Below are positions 34,473-43,046 of a stretch of 45,132 nucleotides of DNA, in pieces. Every line of letters begins with the position of its first letter. Position 1 is the first letter of the stretch. Under the pieces are notes generated by a model, which was given only the letters and a program-made list of their open reading frames with translations, had not been told where the DNA came from and ran no database searches. Source of the DNA: an uncultured bacterium. GTDB taxonomy: Bacteria > Patescibacteriota > Minisyncoccia > Phycocordibacterales > UBA9973. The DNA is taken from positions 1 to 45,132 of the forward strand of contig CAILJY010000070.1 in the NCBI GenBank assembly GCA_903834665.1, in the 5' to 3' direction. A program made the position numbers and the translations under genes.

Positions 34473-35576
34473 TTAATTTTCTTCTTGCGGTTTTTCAATA
34501 GTGATAGTTTCAATTCCGACTGCTTCGCCGGTTATTCTCATTACGTCTTTGTCTATTTTCTTGAATTCACTACTAGAATTATCGTAATGGTTTATAACAG
34601 TTTTCAATGAATTTCCGATTTTTAGATGATATTCATTATATGATTTTAAATGTTTAGATAAGTCTTCAACTTTTTTTATGATTTCTTTTGCGGATTTCTC
34701 AATTTTAAATGCTTTGAATCCATAAACTACAGATTGTAGATATGCCATAAAAGTAGTAGGCGACACGATGATAACTTTTTTGTCGTTATAAGCATAGTCA
34801 ATAAGATTTCTAGTATTTACTTTTATTGAACCAACTTCATTTACCAATAAATCATAGTAAATTGCTTCAGCTGGAATGTACATAAAAGCAAAAGGTAAAG
34901 TTCCTTCTTCTATTTTAATATATTTTGCTGTTTCGTCTATTCTTTTTTTGAGATCATTTTTGAATTCTTTTTCGAGCTCTTCTCTTTGTTTGTCATCAAT
35001 TGCGTGCACTACTCTATCGTAATTGTCCAAAGAAAATTTTGCATCAATTGGTATTATACCTTCTTTTACTTTTATTATTGCATCAACTTTATCTTTATTT
35101 TTAAATTCATATTGCATTTCATATTGTCCAGGGGCAAGTGTGTTAGATAATATTAATTCTAAAGATGCTTCCCCCCAATTACCACGCTGTTTCTGGTGTT
35201 TAAGAGTTTTTTCTAAACTGCCAAGTTGTTCAGCTATTGTAACAAACTGCCTAGTTGCTTCATTTGTTTTTGTTTGTTCTCTCGCAACATCAATGAGACT
35301 TTTACTCATTTGTTCATTAATATCTTTTAGTAATTTTTGAGATTCCGAGAATTGATTATAAACAGCTTCCCTAGTTTCTTTTTGAGATTCACCCAGTTTA
35401 TTATCAATTATTCCAATTTTTGTATCTATATTTCTAGATAGATCATTCATTTGTTGGAATAATAATTGTATTGAATTATCTGCTTTTTCTTCGGGTTTCT
35501 TTTTAAAAATAAGAATAATCCCCGTGATTAATCCGACTAAAATGAGAATAAGAAGAATTATAATTAGTGTTTCCAT
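34473..35576 (-). CDS. rmuC: DNA recombination protein RmuC
   Basis: 367 aa with an N-terminal TM helix, a coiled coil, and an RmuC nuclease-like C-terminal domain. Confidence 0.85.
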   Translation of the reverse strand: METLIIILLILILVGLITGIILIFKKKPEEKADNSIQLLFQQMNDLSRNIDTKIGIIDNKLGESQKETREAVYNQFSESQKLLKDINEQMSKSLIDVAREQTKTNEATRQFVTIAEQLGSLEKTLKHQKQRGNWGEASLELILSNTLAPGQYEMQYEFKNKDKVDAIIKVKEGIIPIDAKFSLDNYDRVVHAIDDKQREELEKEFKNDLKKRIDETAKYIKIEEGTLPFAFMYIPAEAIYYDLLVNEVGSIKVNTRNLIDYAYNDKKVIIVSPTTFMAYLQSVVYGFKAFKIEKSAKEIIKKVEDLSKHLKSYNEYHLKIGNSLKTVINHYDNSSSEFKKIDKDVMRITGEAVGIETITIEKPQEEN

Positions 35577-35633
35577 AATTGTAATTATAGTATATCATAT
35601 TTATTATAAGGATAATAAATATGATTAAATAAT

Positions 35634-36494
35634 ATGGAAGAATGGATAATTATATCAATAGGGTTACTAGTAAGTTCGGTAGCTTTGTATTTGGTTGTTA
35701 GAAAATCAAATAATGTTGAAATGTCTGTCGATATTCAAAATCTCGGAATGTTTTTGTTGCCCACTATATTTATTGGATTATATATATTATTTAAAAATGA
35801 ATCACTCGAAATTTCTATTATAAATCTTTTAATTATAATATTTGCCGCAATTTTTTTTAGTTGGCTAGGAAATATCGCATCATTAAAAGCACTAAAAAAA
35901 GCTCCAAACCCAGGGTACAGTTTGGTTATTTCAAAAAGCTATGTGTTGATGACTTCCATAGTTTCAGTTTGGATTTTTCATTCACCCTTGACCTTAAAAT
36001 CAATAATTGCAATTGTTTTAATAATAATTTTTTCAGCTGTAATTATTATCGACAGGAAAAAATTAAGTGATATAAGTAATAATATTTGGATATGGTTTAC
36101 GGTAGGAGCCTTTTTTGCATGGGGGTTTTTGGCTCTTACATTAAAATATCTAACAAGTAATGGAATGAAGTCAGTGGTGATTCTTTTTTATTTAATGCTT
36201 TTTGTTTCAATCTTGGTTTTATCTCAGATTATTTTTAAAAAAGTAAAAATTATAGTTACAAAAGAACAAAAATTTATTTTTTTATTTATTGGGATTGCTT
36301 CAACTTTTTTTAACTTATTTAATATACTTGGTTATCAGTATGCACCAAATCCGGGTTATATAAATGCAGTCAATGCTGGCTCAATAGCATTAGTTACAAT
36401 ATTTGCAGCCATCTTTTTCAGGGATGATTTATCTATAAAGAAAATAATTGGTGTTTTGGGTGTAGTTGCTAGTTTGGTCTTATTATTTATTTAA
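35634..36494 (+). CDS. DMT/EamA-like transporter
   Basis: 286 aa with about 10 TM segments arranged as two similar halves. Confidence 0.6.
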   Translation: MEEWIIISIGLLVSSVALYLVVRKSNNVEMSVDIQNLGMFLLPTIFIGLYILFKNESLEISIINLLIIIFAAIFFSWLGNIASLKALKKAPNPGYSLVISKSYVLMTSIVSVWIFHSPLTLKSIIAIVLIIIFSAVIIIDRKKLSDISNNIWIWFTVGAFFAWGFLALTLKYLTSNGMKSVVILFYLMLFVSILVLSQIIFKKVKIIVTKEQKFIFLFIGIASTFFNLFNILGYQYAPNPGYINAVNAGSIALVTIFAAIFFRDDLSIKKIIGVLGVVASLVLLFI

Positions 36495-36688
36495 ACTAAT
36501 TTCCCTAAATAATTTTTTAAAGTATAAATCCAGTCTTCTTCATTATCGGGATTTTGTTCTTTTTGATTAAATAAAAGTTGTACCGAACTATCATTCTTTT
36601 CAGATGGTTTGTTTTTGGAGATTATAATTACTCCAATAACTATACCGATTATGATGATAATAAGAAGAATTATAATTAAAGTATTTAT
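36491..36688 (-). pseudogene. Chimeric remnant: rmuC-like N-terminus fused to exonuclease-like C-terminus, start codon lost
   Basis: My translation is INTLIIILLIIIIIGIVIGVIIISKNKPSEKNDSSVQLLFNQ (cf. RmuC METLIIILLILILVGLITGIILIFKKKPEEKADNSIQLLFQQ) followed by KEQNPDNEEDWIYTLKNYLGKLV* (cf. the exonuclease end NQKEQNNPENEEDWIYTLKHYLGKLI*). The first codon is ATA where rmuC has ATG. Confidence 0.7.
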
Positions 36689-36772
36689 GACTAATACTAT
36701 TATATCATAAATTAATTTGATATAATTAATTTTATTAATAATTGTCGAGTTCTAACTTGGAAAATATTTAAA

Positions 36773-37399
36773 ATGAAAACAGAGAATATTATTTTAATGC
36801 AAATGGCGAGAGAATCTTTAAAGGGCAAATGGGGATTAGCTATTGGTGGTTGTGTTGTGTTTAGTTTAATATCAATAGTATTAAGTTTTATTCCTATATT
36901 TGGTTCTATTGGCTCATTAATTATTACAGGGCCATTTACTCTTGGTATTATTATTTTTTCATTATCGATTTCACGTAATCAAGAAGCCAAAGTTGGTCAA
37001 ATTTTTGATGGTTTTAATTATTTTGGGAAATCATTGGGGGCCTATTTATTAGTGGTTCTCTTTGTTCTTTTGTGGTCTCTTCTCTTAATAATTCCGGGAA
37101 TAATTGCAGCTATCTCTTACTCAATGACATTTTATATACTTGCTGATAATCCTTCAATAAAAGCAATGGAGGCAATAGATAGAAGTAAAAAGATGATGTA
37201 TGGATATAAATGGAAACTTGTTTGTTTGCAATTCCGTTTTATTGGTTGGATGCTATTATGTTTTTTTACTTTAGGAATTGGATTGTTGTGGTTAATTCCA
37301 TATATGCAAATAAGTTTTGCAAAATTCTATGATGATATAAAGGGAGAACAGATAAAAACAGAAGAAAATCCAGAAATAATAAATCCTGTTGTCATTTAA
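36773..37399 (+). CDS. DUF975-family integral membrane protein
   Basis: 208 aa with the characteristic start ...ARESLKGKWGLAIGG... and four or more TM segments. Confidence 0.7.
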   Translation: MKTENIILMQMARESLKGKWGLAIGGCVVFSLISIVLSFIPIFGSIGSLIITGPFTLGIIIFSLSISRNQEAKVGQIFDGFNYFGKSLGAYLLVVLFVLLWSLLLIIPGIIAAISYSMTFYILADNPSIKAMEAIDRSKKMMYGYKWKLVCLQFRFIGWMLLCFFTLGIGLLWLIPYMQISFAKFYDDIKGEQIKTEENPEIINPVVI

Positions 37400-37414
37400 A
37401 ATTCTAATTTTTAT

Positions 37415-38143
37415 TTATATCAATTTCCCCAAATAATGTTTTAAAGTGTAAATCCAATCTTCTTCATTTTCTGGATTGTTTTGTTCTTTTTGGTTGAGCA
37501 TCCATTCTAAATATCCACGGTCAATTTGAGCAACTTCTTCAACAGTTTTACCTGTATATTTTCCAAAGTTGAACATATTCATTAGAGAAGGACGGCTAGA
37601 AATTTCAATCATCTTTTCTATGGCTTCTTCTTCATTTATATTTTCTTCATCCATTATTTTCTTTAATAATCTCTCGTATAATTTTTCAAGAACAAGAACA
37701 TCCCCAAGTGCATCATGAGCAGAAGCTTCAATATCGATATCAAGATAATATCTTAAATATTGTAAACGATATTGTGGAATAATATTATTTTTATCAAGGG
37801 CTCGTGCAACACGAAGAGTACAAATAGTATTGGTTGGTTTTATTCCTTCATTTTTAATTATTTCAAAATCAAATTTATTATTGTGAGCTACCATTACTGA
37901 ATTTGGATCTTCAAGCATTGTTTTTATTTTTTGATATTCAGGGCTTTCTTTGAAAGTATTTTTATTGGTGACCATTTTATTTGTTATATGAGTTATCGCA
38001 CTAGCTTCAGGGGGAATAGGGATAGATGGTTTGTATAATTCACAAAAAGTCTCACCATCTGTTTTATAAGCTAATTGACAAAGAAAATCTTTTTTGGGTT
38101 CATTCCCAGTTGTTTCAGTATCTAAAAATATAATTTGTTTCAT
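37415..38143 (-). CDS. DEDDh 3'-5' exonuclease (DnaQ-like) with a DUF3820-like C-terminal domain
   Basis: 242 aa. Exo motifs FLDTETTG, HNNKFDFEII and HDALGDV. The C-terminal FGKYTGKTVEEVAQIDRGYLEWML resembles DUF3820. Confidence 0.8.
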   Translation of the reverse strand: MKQIIFLDTETTGNEPKKDFLCQLAYKTDGETFCELYKPSIPIPPEASAITHITNKMVTNKNTFKESPEYQKIKTMLEDPNSVMVAHNNKFDFEIIKNEGIKPTNTICTLRVARALDKNNIIPQYRLQYLRYYLDIDIEASAHDALGDVLVLEKLYERLLKKIMDEENINEEEAIEKMIEISSRPSLMNMFNFGKYTGKTVEEVAQIDRGYLEWMLNQKEQNNPENEEDWIYTLKHYLGKLI

Positions 38144-38154
38144 AAACCTATTCT

Positions 38155-38195
38155 ACCACCAGAGAGAATATTTTTAAAATATCCTTTCTGGTGGT
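38155..38195. promoter_or_regulatory. 41-bp near-perfect palindrome in the divergent exonuclease / Cys-rich gene intergenic region
   Basis: accaccagagagaatatttt-t-aaaatatcctttctggtggt gives 18 Watson-Crick pairs, 1 G-T pair and 1 mismatch out of 20. It starts 12 nt upstream of the exonuclease start codon. Confidence 0.4.
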
Positions 38196-38221
38196 CTCAA
38201 AATACGTTATAATATAAGTGT

Positions 38222-39928
38222 ATGAAATTTGAGACTAAAATTTGCCAGAATTGTAAAAAAGACTTCATAATTGAGCCAGATGATTTTTCTTTTTATGAGA
38301 AGATAAAAGTCCCAGCACCGACCTGGTGTCCAGAATGTAGAATGATAAGAAGAATGTCTTTCCAAAATACTTGGAATATTTCTTGGATAAATTGTGAAAA
38401 ATGTGGGGAAAGGGTTATATCTCGACATTTATCTGGGCTTGCTAAAATTAAAGTATATTGTCAGAAGTGTTGGTGGGCTGATGATTGGGATGGCACAGAA
38501 CATTCTATGGATTATGATTCTTCTCGAACATTTTTTTCACAGATTAATGATCTAATAGAAAAGACTCCACATGCATCTACCAATACTTCTTTCTTGAGTA
38601 ATAAAAATTGTGATTATACAAATGGTATTGGATGGTCTAAAGATTGTTACTTAACATTTTGGGCTGACTATTGTGACAATGTTTATTATTCTTCGATGCT
38701 GAATAATCTAAAACATAGTTCGGATTGTCTTCGAGGGTATTATTCAGAACTTTGCTATGGATCTATCGGTTTTAGTAAATGTTATAAGATGTTTTTCTCA
38801 GATGAATGTGATGATTGTATAGATATTTGGTTTTGTCGGAATTGTTACAACTGTTCTAATTGTATTGGCTGTGTAAATCTAAGTGGGGCCTCATATTGTA
38901 TTTTCAATATTCGGTATACAAAAGAAGAATATGAAAAAATATTAAAAGATTTAAATTTAAAATCTTGGACAAAGATTCAGGAAATTGAAAAAGAAGCTCA
39001 TAAATTATGGCTGACAAAACCCTATCGAGCTTATCATGGACACTCACTCAATTCTAGTGTGACAGGGGATTATGTTTATACATCAAAAAATTGCAAAGAA
39101 TCATATCTTTTAAATGGAGGGGAAGATTGTAAGTGGTGTCAGTTTGTAACTGTCCCAAAGGTAAAAGATTCTTATGATTATTCTGGTTGGGGAAATAATG
39201 TTAGTAGAATTTATGAATGTGAGACAGTGGGGGAAAATGCAGATTCTATTTATTTCTCCGATGAATGCTGGCCAGATGTTTTAAACTTGCAGTATTGTAT
39301 TTGGGGTATGAGTTGTAAGAATTGTTTTGGCTGTGTAAATCTAAAAAGAAAACAATATTGTATTTTAAATAAACAATACTCTAAAGAAGAATTTAATAAA
39401 TTAAAAAATCAAATAATAGAAGATATGAAGAAAAATCCTTACATAGATAAAATTGGAAGGATGTTTTCTTATGGAGAATTTTTTCCACCAGAATTAAGTG
39501 AATTTGCTTATAATAGATCAAATGCAATGCGTTTCTTTAAAAAAACAAAAGAAGAAGCTTTAAAGGAAGGATATGGTTGGAATGACAATACAAAAGAAAT
39601 AGGGAAGAGTACTATTGACGCGAAAGATTTATCAGAGATTATCGAAGATGTAAAAGATGATATCGTCAAAGAAGCTATAAAATGTATATCCTGTGTTTAT
39701 TCTTATAACATTGCAAAAGGAGAATTAGATTTGTTGAGAAAATTAGATTTACCTCTTCCTCGTGAATGTCCTAAGTGTCGAGAGAATAAAAGATTTGAAA
39801 GAATGACGATGCCAAGACTTTATGATAGGAAGTGCGATAAATGCAGTATAGAGGTTAGATCACCATATTCTCCTGATAGGCCTGAAATTATTTATTGTGA
39901 GAAGTGTTATCAACAAGAAGTTTATTAG
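38222..39928 (+). CDS. Large Cys-rich multi-zinc-ribbon protein of unknown function
   Basis: 568 aa. N-terminal CQNC...CPEC and CEKC...CQKC ribbons. C-terminal CISC, CPKC and CDKC...CEKC ribbons. Two internally duplicated Cys-ladder modules each end in C.NC.GCVNL....YCI.N..Y.KEE(Y/F). Confidence 0.75.
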   Translation: MKFETKICQNCKKDFIIEPDDFSFYEKIKVPAPTWCPECRMIRRMSFQNTWNISWINCEKCGERVISRHLSGLAKIKVYCQKCWWADDWDGTEHSMDYDSSRTFFSQINDLIEKTPHASTNTSFLSNKNCDYTNGIGWSKDCYLTFWADYCDNVYYSSMLNNLKHSSDCLRGYYSELCYGSIGFSKCYKMFFSDECDDCIDIWFCRNCYNCSNCIGCVNLSGASYCIFNIRYTKEEYEKILKDLNLKSWTKIQEIEKEAHKLWLTKPYRAYHGHSLNSSVTGDYVYTSKNCKESYLLNGGEDCKWCQFVTVPKVKDSYDYSGWGNNVSRIYECETVGENADSIYFSDECWPDVLNLQYCIWGMSCKNCFGCVNLKRKQYCILNKQYSKEEFNKLKNQIIEDMKKNPYIDKIGRMFSYGEFFPPELSEFAYNRSNAMRFFKKTKEEALKEGYGWNDNTKEIGKSTIDAKDLSEIIEDVKDDIVKEAIKCISCVYSYNIAKGELDLLRKLDLPLPRECPKCRENKRFERMTMPRLYDRKCDKCSIEVRSPYSPDRPEIIYCEKCYQQEVY

Positions 39929-39949
39929 ATAATTAATAATTAAAATTAT

Positions 39950-40531
39950 ATGTTAGAAACTTTTGGATATATTAGCGGAATATTGATGATGTTTTCGGTT
40001 ATACCTTATGCCAAAAGTATTTTAAAAGGAGAAACAAAACCTCATAGAATTACTTGGCTTATTTGGACAGTGCTTGTTCTTATCGCTTTTTTCTCTCAAT
40101 TAGCAAAAGGAGCATCTTGGTCACTCTTACTTACGGCTGGAGATGCTGTAGCAATATTGGTTACTTTTATTTTATCTATTAAATATGGAGTTGGAGGTTT
40201 CCAGAAATGGGATATTTTATCTTTAATTGGGGCTCTCTTTAGTCTTTTCCTTTGGTATATCACTAGTGAGCCAGCATTTGCATTATTTTTGATTATTATT
40301 ATTGATATTATTGGAGCAAACTTAACAATTATTAAAACATGGAAAAATCCAGAAACTGAAAATTGGGTTGGTTGGGCGATATGTGGTGCTGGAGGATTAT
40401 TTGGGGTTTTTGCTGTTGGTAGTTTCAATTTAGTCCTTCTTTCTTATCCTATGTATATATGTATTATAAATTCTATTGTTGCAATTATTATTTTAATTAG
40501 AAAGAAAAGATGTTTGGCAAATAATATGTAA
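39950..40531 (+). CDS. Hypothetical polytopic membrane protein
   Basis: 193 aa with about 6 TM segments. I recognise no motif. Confidence 0.5.
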   Translation: MLETFGYISGILMMFSVIPYAKSILKGETKPHRITWLIWTVLVLIAFFSQLAKGASWSLLLTAGDAVAILVTFILSIKYGVGGFQKWDILSLIGALFSLFLWYITSEPAFALFLIIIIDIIGANLTIIKTWKNPETENWVGWAICGAGGLFGVFAVGSFNLVLLSYPMYICIINSIVAIIILIRKKRCLANNM

Positions 40532-40549
40532 TTTTGCTACAATATATCT

Positions 40550-41005
40550 ATGACATTACACGAACAAATCAAAAATAATATAAAAGAATCAATGAAGAGC
40601 GGGGACAAGGTTCGCCTGGAGGTGATGAGAGGATTAGTTACTGCATTTACTAATGAACTTGTTGCAACAGGAAAAACTCCTCAAGATTTATTGTCTGATG
40701 AAGACGCGATTAAAGTTATTACAAGAGCTTCAAAACAGAGGAAAGATTCTATTGAGCAATTTACAAAAGGCGGGCGTATGGATTTAGTAGATATAGAAGA
40801 GGATCAGCTCAAAATATTAGAAGAATTTTTACCTAAACTTATGGAAGAGAGTGAAATAGAAGAAATTGTTAAAAATAAAATATTAGAACTTACTGTTAAA
40901 GATTTAACAAAAAAGGGTATGTTTATGTCCTCTGTTATGAAAGATTTAAAAGGGAAAGCAGATGGTAGTTTGGTAAAGGAGATAGTTGATCGTTTATTTA
41001 TATAA
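40550..41005 (+). CDS. GatB/YqeY domain protein
   Basis: 151 aa. The start (LHEQIKNNIKESMKSGDKVRLEVMRGL) and overall length are typical of YqeY. Confidence 0.8.
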   Translation: MTLHEQIKNNIKESMKSGDKVRLEVMRGLVTAFTNELVATGKTPQDLLSDEDAIKVITRASKQRKDSIEQFTKGGRMDLVDIEEDQLKILEEFLPKLMEESEIEEIVKNKILELTVKDLTKKGMFMSSVMKDLKGKADGSLVKEIVDRLFI

Positions 41006-41015
41006 TTTTAAAAAT

Positions 41016-41360
41016 ATGAAAATCATTTTACATTGGGTTCTCATTTCTCTTGCTGTGTTTGCTACTACTTTTATAGTTTCGGGAATTTCAGTTGACCCTA
41101 TTTGGGTGTCACTTATCGTTGGAGCTTGTTTAACTTTATTTAATATGATTATTAAACCAATAATTAATATTTTGACTCTTCCTATAAATATTATAACCCT
41201 TGGATTATTTTCACTTGTTATCAATGGTATTTTATTTTGGTATTTGGGAACTCTCATAAGTGGATTTAATGTTACTACTTTTACGGCAGCTTTTGTAGGG
41301 GCACTTCTTGTATCAATAATTAATTGGGTATTGAAAAAGGTATTCCATTTTGATTTTTAA
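41016..41360 (+). CDS. DUF360 / phage-holin-4-family small membrane protein
   Basis: Start moved to ATG 41016 (MKIILHWVLISLAVF...). Three to four TM segments, with IKPIINILTLPINIITLGLF typical of the family. Confidence 0.65.
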   Translation: MKIILHWVLISLAVFATTFIVSGISVDPIWVSLIVGACLTLFNMIIKPIINILTLPINIITLGLFSLVINGILFWYLGTLISGFNVTTFTAAFVGALLVSIINWVLKKVFHFDF

Positions 41361-41365
41361 CCATT

Positions 41366-41956
41366 ATGTTGTCAATATCTTTTATCAAGCAATTTGCAGC
41401 TTCTCATGCGGAAATAATTTATATTCTAATTGTTTTAGGAGTTATAATTGAAGGAGAAATAGCTGTTATCATAGCAGGAATATTGGCTCATCTTGGATCT
41501 ATAAATATTTATTTAGCTTTTTTAGCAACTTTAGTAGGAGGAGGTTTAAAATCAGTTATGGGCTATAGTTTGGGTTATTATTTACAAAAAAATCATTCAG
41601 ATAAAAAGATTGTATCTCAAACTGAAAATCGCATAAATTATTTTTTGCCTAATTTTATTAAAAAACCATTTATTTCTTTGTTCTTATCACGATTTTTAAT
41701 TTTAGGAATATATTGGTTTGCTCTTATCTTTGCTGGTTATAAAAAGATAAAAATTTCTACATTTGCCAAAGCTGAAGTTTCATCGTTAGTTACTTGGGCC
41801 CTTGTCATGCTATTATTAGGATTCTTTTTTAGTTATACCGCTCTTTCTATTAGTAATGATATTCGTAAGTTTATTGGTTTGATCTTAGTATTCTTTATAA
41901 TGTTTTTTATCTTAGAGAAAGTTATTGCTTTTATTATTGAATTATTTGAAGTATAA
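41366..41956 (+). CDS. DedA-like membrane protein
   Basis: 196 aa with hydrophobic re-entrant regions (GVIIEGEIAVIIAG). Assignment is tentative. Confidence 0.5.
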   Translation: MLSISFIKQFAASHAEIIYILIVLGVIIEGEIAVIIAGILAHLGSINIYLAFLATLVGGGLKSVMGYSLGYYLQKNHSDKKIVSQTENRINYFLPNFIKKPFISLFLSRFLILGIYWFALIFAGYKKIKISTFAKAEVSSLVTWALVMLLLGFFFSYTALSISNDIRKFIGLILVFFIMFFILEKVIAFIIELFEV

Positions 41957-41959
41957 AAT

Positions 41960-42874
41960 ATGTCATTTTTTAAAAAAAAGAAAATATGTGTTACTCATAA
42001 TGGAGCTTTCCATGCTGATGATCTTTTTGCTACAGCCGCACTTTCAATTCTAAATAATGGAAATATAAAAATTATTCGTACTCGTGATCCAGAAATAATT
42101 AAAAAAGGTGATTATGTTTATGATGTAGGAGGGGAAGATATTATGGAAAAAGATTTATTTGATCATCATCAAAAAGGTGGAGCCGGAATTAGATCAAATG
42201 GTGTTCCTTATGCATCCTTCGGTTTGGTTTGGAAAAAATATGGAGAACAAATATGTGGGAGTAAAGAAGTTGCAAAAAATATAGATGAAAAAATTGTTCA
42301 ACCAATAGATGCTATTGATAATGGTGTGGACTTTGCAAAACCATTATACGGGGGCTCAGTGCCTTGTGGTCCTGATACAGTATTTATGAATAATATTCCA
42401 TCGTGGAAAGAAAAAAATAAAGATATAAATAAAATTTTTAAAGAACAAGCGAAGAAAGTTACTCAATTTTTATTGAGAGAAATTGAAGTTACAAAATCTG
42501 ATGTAGAAGCTATAAATATAATGATGGAAGCTTATGGTAAAACTGGAGATAAAAGAATAATTATCATAGAGAATGACTTTCCGAGGTATCTTTATCAGAA
42601 TACTTTTTCTAAGGTACCAGAACCTGTGTATTTAGTTTTTCCAAGCAGTCACAGTACTATGTGGAAAGTAGAAGCTATTAGTAAATCTCCCGATTCTATG
42701 GAGAATAGAAAAATGTTCCCAGAATCATGGAGAGGTTATTTAAATGAAGATCCAAAGTTAAAAGAAATCACAGGTGTTAAAGATGTAATTTTCTGCCACA
42801 AGAGCGGATTTTTAACAGTAGCACACTCTAAAGAAGGCGCTCTGGAACTTGCTCAAAAAGCATTATTAGCGTAA
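41960..42874 (+). CDS. MYG1/UPF0160 family metal-dependent hydrolase
   Basis: 304 aa. THNGAFHADDLFA and DHHQ motifs. Confidence 0.8.
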   Translation: MSFFKKKKICVTHNGAFHADDLFATAALSILNNGNIKIIRTRDPEIIKKGDYVYDVGGEDIMEKDLFDHHQKGGAGIRSNGVPYASFGLVWKKYGEQICGSKEVAKNIDEKIVQPIDAIDNGVDFAKPLYGGSVPCGPDTVFMNNIPSWKEKNKDINKIFKEQAKKVTQFLLREIEVTKSDVEAINIMMEAYGKTGDKRIIIIENDFPRYLYQNTFSKVPEPVYLVFPSSHSTMWKVEAISKSPDSMENRKMFPESWRGYLNEDPKLKEITGVKDVIFCHKSGFLTVAHSKEGALELAQKALLA

Positions 42875-42902
42875 GTTATATAAGGGAAGAGTAAAATATC
42901 TT

Positions 42903-42999
42903 AAAATAGCTCTTCTCAGAGGACACGGATATTTTCTTGCTAGAAAATTCCTCGTGCTCGGCTCGACAGCCTCGCAAGTTCCTCTTCAAAGACTATTTT
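42903..42999. repeat. 97-nt inverted-repeat-bounded element (E2) related to the tRNA-Lys and tRNA-Leu flank elements
   Basis: Arms aaaatagctcttctcagagga and tcctcttcaaagactatttt. Hairpin attttct-tgct-agaaaat plus core ctcggctcgacagcctc, which matches 15/17 positions of 44119-44135. Confidence 0.45.
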
Positions 43000-43010
43000 A
43001 AAAATTTTAC

Positions 43011-43038
43011 TTACTACTTACTACTTTCTACATACTAC
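43011..43038 (+). repeat. Four tandem heptamers immediately upstream of obg
   Basis: ttactac ttactac tttctac atactac, ending 8 nt before the obg ATG. Confidence 0.5.
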
Positions 43039-43046
43039 TTATATAT

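Noticed and set aside
41016-41360. Holin-family gene as evidence of a phage lysis cassette
   Set aside because: There is no endolysin, spanin, capsid or integrase gene nearby. DUF360/holin-4-like proteins are common chromosomal membrane proteins. The flanking genes are housekeeping (YqeY, DedA-like, MYG1).
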